In this document: positions 1-7,622 of the stretch, one piece after another | Layout: the number at the start of each line of letters is the position of its first letter | How positions within the stretch are numbered: position 1 is the first letter of the stretch | Source of the DNA: an uncultured Roseateles sp. | GTDB lineage: Bacteria; Pseudomonadota; Gammaproteobacteria; Burkholderiales; Burkholderiaceae_C | Length of the DNA stretch: 64,000 bases | Reading direction: 5' to 3' | NCBI GenBank assembly: GCA_963422775.4 | Contig: CAUJSJ030000154.1 | Location: 8,748 to 72,747, forward strand | The notes under the pieces: generated by a model | What the model saw: only the letters and a program-made list of their open reading frames with translations | Database searches by the model: none | What the model was told of the DNA's origin: nothing | Program-made: the position numbers and the translations under genes

Positions 1-2204
1 CCCATGTACTCGATCCAGACCGGCAGGCTCAGGCCCCCGCCCGTCTCGCGGTCGCCGAGCTTGCGCGGCTGGTCGTAGCCGATCCAGACGATGGCCACCA
101 GGTCTTTCTGGTAGCCGGCGAACCAGGCGTCCATGGAGTCGTTGGTTGTGCCGGTCTTGCCGTAGATGTCCGGGCGCTTGAGCGTCGCCTGCGCGCGGGC
201 CGCCGTGCCGCTGCGCGTGACCTCCTGCAGCAGGCTGCTCATCAGGAAGGCGTTGCGCGGCTCGATGGCGCGGGCGCTGTCTGCCAGCGTGACGGGCAAG
301 GCCTCGTAGAGCAGCCGGCCCTTGTTGTCGGTGATCCTCGCAATCAGCTGCGGCGTCACGCGATACCCGCCGTTGGCGAACACGGCATAGCCCTGGGCCA
401 TCTGCATCGGCGTCACCGATCCGGCGCCCAGCGCCATCGTCAGATAGGCCGGGTGCTTGTCGGCCTCGAAGCCGAAACGCGTGATCCAGTCCTGCGCATA
501 CTTCACGCCGATGGAGTGCAGCACGCGGATGGAGACCATGTTCTTGGACTTGGCCAGCGCCGTGCGCAGCGGCATCGGACCTTCGAACTTGCCGTCGTAG
601 TTCTTCGGCTCCCAGGGCTGGCTGCCGGTCGTGCCGGCGTCGAAGAACAGCGGCGCGTCGTTGACGACCGTGGCCGGCGTGAAGCCCTTTTCCAGCGCGG
701 CCGAATAGATGAAGGGCTTGAAGCTGGAGCCCGGTTGACGCCAGGCCTGGGTCACGTGGTTGAACTTGTTCTTGGCGTAGTCGAAGCCCCCGACCATGGC
801 GTGAACCTGGCCGGTCTTGGGGTCCAGGGACACGAAGGCGCCTTCGACCTCGGGCAGCTGCGTGATGGTCCACTCGCCGCCGTCCTTTTGCTTGGCACCC
901 TTGACGACGCGGATCACCGCGCCGCGGCGGATGCGCGTCTTGGGGTTGCCCTTGTCGGACAGGCCCGAGGTGGCGGGCTTCAGACCCTCGCCGAGGATGG
1001 CGATGGCCTCGCCGCTTTGCAGCACCGCGGTGACCTTCTTCGGGTCGGCATCGAGCACGACGGCCGCCAGCAGCTCGTCATTGGCAGGATGGTCGGTCAG
1101 CGCCTCGGCGATGCGTGAATCCAGCTCCTTGGCGTCGCTCGGCAGATCGGCATAGGCCTCGGGGCCGCGGTAGACCTGGCGCTTCTCGTAGTCCAGGATG
1201 CCGCGGCGCAGCGCGCGGTAGGCGGTGTTCTGCTCAGCGCTGTTCAGCGTCAGATAGATGTTCAGTCCGCGCGTGTAGGCCTCGTCGCCGTACTGATTGA
1301 AGATCAGCTGCCGTGCCGCCTCGGCGACGAATTCGGCATGCGAGACCGATTCCTGCACCGGCCGGATGCGCAGCTTCTCGGCCTTGGCGGCGTCGCGCTG
1401 CTCCTCGGTGATGTAGCCGGTCTCGTACATCCGCTCGATGATGTATTGCTGGCGGATCGTTGCGCGGCGGGGGTTGTTGATCGGGTTGTAGGCCGACGGC
1501 GCCTTGGGCAGGCCGGCCAGCATGGCAGCCTCTGCGACGCTGAGTTTGTCCAGCGTCTTGCCGAAGTAGATCTCGCTGGCCGCCGCGAAACCATGCGCGC
1601 GGTGGCCCAGGAAGATCTGATTCATGTAGATCTCGAGGATCTTCTCCTTGGACAGCGCCGATTCGATCTTCAGCGCCAGCAGGATCTCGTAGATCTTGCG
1701 CGTGAAGGTCTTCTCGGTGGACAGGTAGAAGTTGCGCGCCACCTGCATCGTGATCGTCGAGGCGCCCTGGCTGCGCGATTCGCCCACATTGGCCAGGCCC
1801 GCGCGGATGACGCCGAGATAGTCCACGCCACCATGCTGGTAGAAGCGCGCATCCTCGATGGCCAGCACCGCCTCCTGCATCAGCTTGGGGATCTGCTGGA
1901 TGGGCAGATAGTTGCGGCGCTCCTCGCCGAATTCGCCCAGAAGCACGCCGTCACTGGACAGCACGCGCATCGGCAACTTGGGGCGGTAGTCAGTCAGGCC
2001 GCTGATGTCCGGCAGATTCGGGTAGGCCAGGGCCAGGGCCAGGGCCACCAGCAGCACGACGGCCGCAACGCCTCCGGCCAGCAGGCCCAGGCCCCAAAGC
2101 GCCCAACGACCCAGGCGTGGGCTCAGGGGAGTGAGGAACTTGGCGGGAGGCGGGTTGCCGGCGGGTGAAGGACTGGACACAGCGGATCGGGGCTTGTCAT
2201 TCAT
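1..2204 (-). CDS. mrcA: penicillin-binding protein 1A (class A PBP); C-terminal end runs off the window
   Basis: Absent from the ORF track because there is no stop inside the window. My minus-strand translation from the ATG at 2204 gives MNDKPRSAVSS... It has a TM segment (WALWGLGLLAGGVAAVVLLVALALALA), glycosyltransferase motifs AIEDARFYQHGGVD and GASTITMQVARNF, and transpeptidase motifs QPGSSFKPF and KTGTTND. It is divergent from pilM, the classical ponA-pilM arrangement. Confidence 0.9.
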   Translation of the reverse strand, partial: MNDKPRSAVSSPSPAGNPPPAKFLTPLSPRLGRWALWGLGLLAGGVAAVVLLVALALALAYPNLPDISGLTDYRPKLPMRVLSSDGVLLGEFGEERRNYLPIQQIPKLMQEAVLAIEDARFYQHGGVDYLGVIRAGLANVGESRSQGASTITMQVARNFYLSTEKTFTRKIYEILLALKIESALSKEKILEIYMNQIFLGHRAHGFAAASEIYFGKTLDKLSVAEAAMLAGLPKAPSAYNPINNPRRATIRQQYIIERMYETGYITEEQRDAAKAEKLRIRPVQESVSHAEFVAEAARQLIFNQYGDEAYTRGLNIYLTLNSAEQNTAYRALRRGILDYEKRQVYRGPEAYADLPSDAKELDSRIAEALTDHPANDELLAAVVLDADPKKVTAVLQSGEAIAILGEGLKPATSGLSDKGNPKTRIRRGAVIRVVKGAKQKDGGEWTITQLPEVEGAFVSLDPKTGQVHAMVGGFDYAKNKFNHVTQAWRQPGSSFKPFIYSAALEKGFTPATVVNDAPLFFDAGTTGSQPWEPKNYDGKFEGPMPLRTALAKSKNMVSIRVLHSIGVKYAQDWITRFGFEADKHPAYLTMALGAGSVTPMQMAQGYAVFANGGYRVTPQLIARITDNKGRLLYEALPVTLADSARAIEPRNAFLMSSLLQEVTRSGTAARAQATLKRPDIYGKTGTTNDSMDAWFAGYQKDLVAIVWIGYDQPRKLGDRETGGGLSLPVWIEYM

Positions 2205-2249
2205 GAACCGGCGGGGCGCGCCCGAGAGCACGTTGGGAAGAGGCAGCGG

Positions 2250-2255
2250 ATTATA
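2250..2255 (-). promoter_or_regulatory. candidate -10 box (TATAAT on minus strand) for mrcA
   Basis: Plus-strand attata is a perfect TATAAT on the minus strand, about 45 nt upstream of the mrcA ATG. No good -35 was seen. The same 11-mer CTTCCTATAAT recurs upstream of ispB. Confidence 0.3.
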
Positions 2256-2420
2256 GGAAGCACTATCGAGTGCGCTTTTAAGCGACGCGTGGCGCCAAAG
2301 GCTGTGCCAAACGACCGCTTCCCATGTGTTTTTCAGGAGCTTGCAAGTCAGTTGAATCGTGTATGTTTAGCAACGTGGCGTTACCAGCTCGGGCCGGATT
2401 TCCGTTCGGTGTCAACGGCT

Positions 2421-2449
2421 TTGCTGCTAGCATTCAAGTAACTTATTAA
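2421..2449 (+). promoter_or_regulatory. candidate sigma70 promoter for pilMNOPQ (TTGCTG-17 nt-TATTAA)
   Basis: The hexamers are read directly from an AT-rich patch about 40 nt upstream of the pilM ATG. This is a motif match only. Confidence 0.3.
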
Positions 2450-2487
2450 TAGTCCGATACGTAACTCGCGTGTCGGGAACAAAGGGC

Positions 2488-3567
2488 ATGGGAATACTTG
2501 ACGCACTTTTGGGTCGCAAGCACCCCCCCCTGATTGGCCTGGATATCAGTTCATCCAGCGTCAAGCTGGTGGAACTGAGCCAGACCAAGAGTGGCGAATT
2601 CGTGTTGGAGCGTTTCGCCAGCGAGCCGTTCGAGAAAGGCTGGATCGCCGACGGCCAGATCGAGAAGTTCGATGAGGTCGCGGATGCAGTTCGCCGAGTG
2701 GTCTCGCGCAGCGGCAGCAAGACGCGCGACGCAGCCCTGGCGATGCCGCAATCGGCCGTCATCACGAAGAAGATCATGTTGCCCGCCGGCCTGCGCGAGG
2801 AAGAGCTCGAACTGCAGGTCGAGGCCGAGGCCAACCAATACATCCCTTTCTCGCTGGACGAGGTGAGTCTGGATTTTTGCGTCATCGGCCCCAGCCCGAC
2901 CTCGGTGGGCGACGTCGAGGTGCTGATCGCCGCGTCCCGCAAGGACCGCGTGCAGGACCGCCAAGGCCTGGCCGAAGCGGCTGGCCTGCGTCCCGTCGTG
3001 CTGGACATCGAGTCGCATGCCTCGCGCATGGCCATGGGCAGGCTCATCGCTGCGCTGCCCAACGAGGGCAAGGACGCCCTCGTCGCGCTGTTCGAGATCG
3101 GCGCCGACACGACCAGCTTGAAGGTGCTGCGCGACGACGAGCTGCTGTATGACCGCGATCAATCCTTCGGCGGTTCGCAGCTGACACAGCTCATTTCACG
3201 CCAGTACGGTTTTTCCTTCGAGGAGGCCGAGCAGAAGAAGCTCGCCAACGAACTGCCTGAAGACTACGAGAGCAGCGTGCTCAACCCCTTCGTCGACAGT
3301 CTGTCGCAGGAAATTGGCCGGGCGCTGCAGTACTTCTTCACCAGCACGCCACACCACAAGGTGCACTACGTGATGCTGGCCGGCGGCACAGCCACGCTGC
3401 CCGGCCTCAAGGAGCGCGTGACCGACCTGACCGGCTTTGCCTGCATGGTGGTCAATCCCTTCGAGAACATGGCGATGGGTTCGGCGGTGCGTGAGCCGAA
3501 GCTGCGCCGTGAGGCGCCGTCTTATCTGACCGCCTGCGGCCTCGCGATGCGGAGGTTCTTCCAGTGA
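2488..3567 (+). CDS. pilM: type IV pilus assembly protein PilM (actin-like ATPase fold)
   Basis: ORF 2470..3567. The N-terminus MGILDALLGRKHPPLIGLDISSSSVKLVELS matches the PilM family start, so ATG 2488 is preferred over GTG 2470. It is first in a pilMNOPQ series with overlapping stops and starts. Confidence 0.93.
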   Translation: MGILDALLGRKHPPLIGLDISSSSVKLVELSQTKSGEFVLERFASEPFEKGWIADGQIEKFDEVADAVRRVVSRSGSKTRDAALAMPQSAVITKKIMLPAGLREEELELQVEAEANQYIPFSLDEVSLDFCVIGPSPTSVGDVEVLIAASRKDRVQDRQGLAEAAGLRPVVLDIESHASRMAMGRLIAALPNEGKDALVALFEIGADTTSLKVLRDDELLYDRDQSFGGSQLTQLISRQYGFSFEEAEQKKLANELPEDYESSVLNPFVDSLSQEIGRALQYFFTSTPHHKVHYVMLAGGTATLPGLKERVTDLTGFACMVVNPFENMAMGSAVREPKLRREAPSYLTACGLAMRRFFQ

Positions 3568-4166
3568 TCTTGATCAACCTGCTGCCCTACCGCGAAGAGC
3601 GGCGCAAGCGGCGCAAGACGGCTTTTTTCATCGGACTGGGCATAGCGGGCTTGGCAGGGGCTGGCGTGGTCGGCGCCTTCTTCGTGCTGCTGCAGTTCCT
3701 GACGACGGAGCAGCAGTCGCACAACCAGTACATCCAGAACGAGATCACGCGCCTGGAGGCGCAGATCAAGGACATCGCGGATCTGAAGACCGAGATCGAG
3801 TCGCTCAAGTCCCGCCAGCGCGCCGTTGAGGATCTGCAGACCGACCGCAACACGCCCGTGCAGTTGCTGAACGACCTGGCCCGGCTCGCCCCTGAGGGCA
3901 TCTATCTGACGGCCATTCGCCAGGACAGCAAGGTCGTCACCGTCAGCGGCATTGCGCAGACGAACGAACGTGTGTCCGAGTTCCTGCGCAACGTGTCGCG
4001 CAGTTCCGAATGGCTGGACAAGCCCGATCTCATCGAAGTCAAGTTGGCCAGCGTCACGACGAACACGCGCGACGCGCGCCGGCTGCTCGACTTCTCGATG
4101 AAGGTCTCGATCAAGGCCCCGCCGCGCGAAGCCGCACCGGGTGCTTCTGCGCCCAAGAAGAGCTGA
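3564..4166 (+). CDS. pilN: type IV pilus assembly protein PilN
   Basis: The GTG start overlaps the pilM stop (GTGA). It has the INLLPYREERR motif followed by a single TM segment. Position is between pilM and pilO. Confidence 0.92.
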   Translation: MILINLLPYREERRKRRKTAFFIGLGIAGLAGAGVVGAFFVLLQFLTTEQQSHNQYIQNEITRLEAQIKDIADLKTEIESLKSRQRAVEDLQTDRNTPVQLLNDLARLAPEGIYLTAIRQDSKVVTVSGIAQTNERVSEFLRNVSRSSEWLDKPDLIEVKLASVTTNTRDARRLLDFSMKVSIKAPPREAAPGASAPKKS

Positions 4167-4172
4167 CCGACC

Positions 4173-4859
4173 ATGGCCACCTCCACATCCAAATTCGACC
4201 TGAATGCGTGGTTCGCCGAACTGGCGGGCCAGTTCCAGGGGCTCAATCCCAAGGAGCCGGGCCAGTGGCCTTGGCTGCCCAAGCTCGCGTCCGGCCTGGC
4301 CGTGATGCTGGCCGTCATTGCGGCGGGCTATGCCTTCGTGCTGTCCGACGTCGAGGCCGGCCTGGACGCTGAGCGCAACCGCGAGCCGCAGTTGCGCCAG
4401 GACTACCAGGCCAAGCTGGCCCAGGCCGTGAACCTGCCCGAACTGCGCAAGCAGAAGAGCCAGGTCGAGGAGTATGTGACCCAGCTCGAAAAGCAGTTGC
4501 CTGGCAAGGCCGAGATCGACTCGCTGCTGTCCGACATCAGCAGTGCGGGGGTCGGGCGCGGCCTGCAGTTCGAATTGTTCCGCCCGGGCCAGGTGCTCAT
4601 CAAGGACTACTACGCCGAGCTGCCGATCGCGGTGAAGGTGTCCGGCCGATATCACGACATCGGCTCCTTCGCGGCTGATGTGTCCAACCTCTCGCGCATC
4701 GTCACCCTGCACAACCTCATCGTCATGGCGCCGAGTGGCCCGCGCGATGCGAACGGCCCTCTCACCATGGAGGCCACGGCGCGCACGTATCGCTATCTCG
4801 ATTCCGCCGAGGTGGCCGAGCAGCGCAAGGCCGCGGCCAAGGCAGGAGCCAAGAAATGA
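4173..4859 (+). CDS. pilO: type IV pilus assembly protein PilO
   Basis: 228 aa, with an N-terminal TM segment (LASGLAVMLAVIAAGYAFVL), a coiled-coil region and the C-terminal YAELPIAVKVSGRYHDIGSFAADVSNLSRIVTL motif typical of PilO. Confidence 0.92.
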   Translation: MATSTSKFDLNAWFAELAGQFQGLNPKEPGQWPWLPKLASGLAVMLAVIAAGYAFVLSDVEAGLDAERNREPQLRQDYQAKLAQAVNLPELRKQKSQVEEYVTQLEKQLPGKAEIDSLLSDISSAGVGRGLQFELFRPGQVLIKDYYAELPIAVKVSGRYHDIGSFAADVSNLSRIVTLHNLIVMAPSGPRDANGPLTMEATARTYRYLDSAEVAEQRKAAAKAGAKK

Positions 4860-5380
4860 AGCGCCTGCTGATTTCGCTTGCGGGCGCCCTGCTGCTCGGC
4901 GGCTGCGGCGGCGACATCGATGAGTTGCGCCAGTGGATGGAGCAGCAGCGCAAGGAGGCCAAGGCCACCGTTGCGCCCCTGCTGCCGCCCAAGAAATTCC
5001 TGCCCCAGCCCTATGAGTCCACCGCCGGCGTGGACCCCTTCAGCCCGCAGAAACTCAGCGTCGCGATCAAGCAGGAAGCGGCTCAGCCCAATTCCCTGCT
5101 GACGGCTGAAATCAGCCGCCGCAAGGAGCCGCTGGAGGCCTATCCGCTGGACACGATGTCCATGGTTGGCAGCCTGACGCGCGACAACAGGCGCTATGCG
5201 CTGCTGCGCGTCGACAACCTGCTCTACCAAGTCAAGGCCGGGGACTATCTCGGCCAGAACTTCGGCCGCATCACCAAGATCAGCGAGACCGAAATCACGT
5301 TGCGAGAAGTCGTCCAGGACGCTGCGGGCGAGTGGATCGAGCGCACCAGTACCCTCCAGCTACAGGAGAAGGGACGATGA
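4856..5380 (+). CDS. pilP: type IV pilus assembly lipoprotein PilP
   Basis: Signal peptide with lipobox (LLLGGC). The C-terminal beta-domain reads YALLRVDNLLYQVKAGDYLGQNFGRITKISETEITLRE. The start overlaps the pilO stop. Confidence 0.9.
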   Translation: MKRLLISLAGALLLGGCGGDIDELRQWMEQQRKEAKATVAPLLPPKKFLPQPYESTAGVDPFSPQKLSVAIKQEAAQPNSLLTAEISRRKEPLEAYPLDTMSMVGSLTRDNRRYALLRVDNLLYQVKAGDYLGQNFGRITKISETEITLREVVQDAAGEWIERTSTLQLQEKGR

Positions 5381-7563
5381 ATACATTGCAGGAGAGCAAG
5401 CCGATGGGCCGTGGCTGGTTACTGGGATTGGCACTCACGCTGCTGGCGACGCCCGCGGCATGGGCTCAGACGCAGATACGCGCGATCAACTCCAGCCAGC
5501 AGGCCGGTGTCGACGTCGTGCGCATCGAGCTGAGCGAGGCACTGACCGCCCTGCCTGCAGGTTTCACCATTCAGGCGCCGCCGCGCATCGCCATCGACCT
5601 GCCCGGTGTCGTGAACGGCATCGGGCGCAACCAGGTCGACATCAACCAAGGCAATCTGCGCTCGGCCAACGTCGCGCAGGCCGGTGACCGATCGCGCGTC
5701 GTGCTGAACCTGCGCAACGCGTCGGGGTACAAGGCGAAATTGGAGGGCAATTCCCTCGTCCTCGTACTTGATGCCGCGCCGGCTCAGGCACAGGCTCCGG
5801 GCGAACCTGTGCACTTCGCACAGAGCCTGAATGCTGCGCCCCAGGCGCTGCGCGACATCGACTTCCGTCGTGGTGCCGACAGCGCCGGTCGCGTGGTGGT
5901 CAATCTGCCCAGCAATCAGGTCGGTGTCGACATTCAGCAGCAGGGCCAGAACCTTGTCGTGGAGTTCCTGCGTTCCAGCGTGCCGGAGAACCTGCGTCGC
6001 AAGGTGGACGTCGTCGACTTCGGCACCCCGGTGCAGATGATCACGACGACGCAAGTGGGCGACCGTGTGCGCATGGTTGTCGAACCCAAGGGCAACTGGG
6101 AACACAGCGCCTACCAGAGCGACAACCAGTTCGTGCTGGAGGTCCGGCCGCTGAAGATCGACCCGAACAAGCTGACCCAGGGGCCGGGCTACGCCGGCGA
6201 CAAGCTGTCGCTGAACTTCCAGAACATCGAGGTTCGTGCGCTGCTGCAGGTCATCGCAGATTTCACCAACTTCAACGTTGTCACCAGCGACACCGTGACG
6301 GGCAACGTCACCTTGCGTCTGAAGGATGTGCCCTGGGATCAGGCGCTGGACATCATCATGCAGGCCAAGGGCCTGGGCTTGAAGAAGTCTGGCAACGTGC
6401 TGTGGATAGCGCCCAAGGATGAGCTCGCCGCCAAGGAAAAGCTGGACCTTGAATCCAAGGCTGCGATCGCTCAACTGGAGCCGCTGCGGACCCAGTCCTT
6501 CCAGCTCAACTACGTGAAGGCGCAGGACATCGCCAACAGCCTGTCCGGTCAGGCCACTTCCAATAGCTCCGGTGGTGGTAGCGGCAGTTCCGGCGGCAGC
6601 ACTGGCGGCACGGGCACGCGTGTCCTGTCCGCGCGCGGCAATGTCTTCTTCGAGCCGCGAACGAATCAACTCTTCGTCTCGGACGTCGCGAGCAAGCTTG
6701 AAGAGATCCAGGGCATGATCACCAAGATCGATATCCCGGTGCGCCAGGTGTTGATCGAGGCTCGGATCGTCGAGGCCAACGACAAGTTCGGTCGCGCGCT
6801 TGGCATGAAGCTTGGCGTCAACGATCTGCGCGGGCAGCAAGGCGGCATCCCGGGCTACAGCGTCGGTGGCGGCAACTACGTGACTGTGGGCGGTAACTAC
6901 AGCGGCGTGGGCTCGCAGACCAACCAAGGTATCGCGGCGAACTACAACAACACCCAGTTCGTCAACCTGCCGGCCAATACATCGTCCGACAGCTTCAGTG
7001 GCGGCACCGCGGCGACAGTGGCCTTGTCCCTCTTCAGCGCGACGGCCAACCGCTTCCTGAACCTGGAACTTTCCGCGCTGGAATCGGATGGCAAGGGCAA
7101 GGTCGTGTCCAGCCCGCGAGTGATCACCGCCGATCAGGTCAAGGCGCTGATCGAGCAAGGCGAAGAACTGCCCTACCAGGTGGCCACAGCCAGCGGCGCG
7201 ACGTCCATCGCCTTCCGCAAGGCCAACCTCAAGCTTGAGGTCACGCCGCAGATCACGCCTGAGGGCAGCGTCATCCTGAATGTGGACGTCAACAAGGACA
7301 GTCGCGGCACGCTGACGCCCCAGGGCTATGCGATCAACACCAAGCACGTCCAGACACAGGTGCTGGTCGAAAACGGCGGTACCGTTGTCATCGGCGGCAT
7401 CTACACCCAGGACGAAGGCGAGACGGTGAACAAGGTGCCCGTGCTGGGCGACGTACCTTTCCTGGGCAACCTGTTCAAGAACAAGACTCGCACCACCTCC
7501 AAGACGGAGCTGCTGATCTTCCTGACGCCCAAGGTCGTCAGTGAGCGGGCGACGGTGCGCTGA
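5377..7563 (+). CDS. pilQ: type IV pilus secretin PilQ
   Basis: ATG 5377 overlaps the pilP stop (ATGA) and is preceded by AGGAGA; the track start at 5332 lies inside pilP. There are two AMIN-like N-terminal repeats, and the secretin C-terminus reads VPVLGDVPFLGNLFKNKTRTTSKTELLIFLTPKVV. Confidence 0.95.
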   Translation: MNTLQESKPMGRGWLLGLALTLLATPAAWAQTQIRAINSSQQAGVDVVRIELSEALTALPAGFTIQAPPRIAIDLPGVVNGIGRNQVDINQGNLRSANVAQAGDRSRVVLNLRNASGYKAKLEGNSLVLVLDAAPAQAQAPGEPVHFAQSLNAAPQALRDIDFRRGADSAGRVVVNLPSNQVGVDIQQQGQNLVVEFLRSSVPENLRRKVDVVDFGTPVQMITTTQVGDRVRMVVEPKGNWEHSAYQSDNQFVLEVRPLKIDPNKLTQGPGYAGDKLSLNFQNIEVRALLQVIADFTNFNVVTSDTVTGNVTLRLKDVPWDQALDIIMQAKGLGLKKSGNVLWIAPKDELAAKEKLDLESKAAIAQLEPLRTQSFQLNYVKAQDIANSLSGQATSNSSGGGSGSSGGSTGGTGTRVLSARGNVFFEPRTNQLFVSDVASKLEEIQGMITKIDIPVRQVLIEARIVEANDKFGRALGMKLGVNDLRGQQGGIPGYSVGGGNYVTVGGNYSGVGSQTNQGIAANYNNTQFVNLPANTSSDSFSGGTAATVALSLFSATANRFLNLELSALESDGKGKVVSSPRVITADQVKALIEQGEELPYQVATASGATSIAFRKANLKLEVTPQITPEGSVILNVDVNKDSRGTLTPQGYAINTKHVQTQVLVENGGTVVIGGIYTQDEGETVNKVPVLGDVPFLGNLFKNKTRTTSKTELLIFLTPKVVSERATVR

Positions 7564-7580
7564 AGAACCCTTTATTGAAG

Positions 7581-7608
7581 ATGTACCGGCCCTGCAGTAG
7601 CGGTACAT
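7581..7608 (+). other. stem-loop (8-bp stem ATGTACCG/CGGTACAT, 12-nt loop) between pilQ and the next gene; no U-tract
   Basis: The inverted repeat is read directly from the sequence. It is followed by GGGAG and the ATG at 7623, so it is more likely a processing or attenuating structure than a terminator. Confidence 0.5.
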
Positions 7609-7622
7609 GGGAGCAAGCAGAC

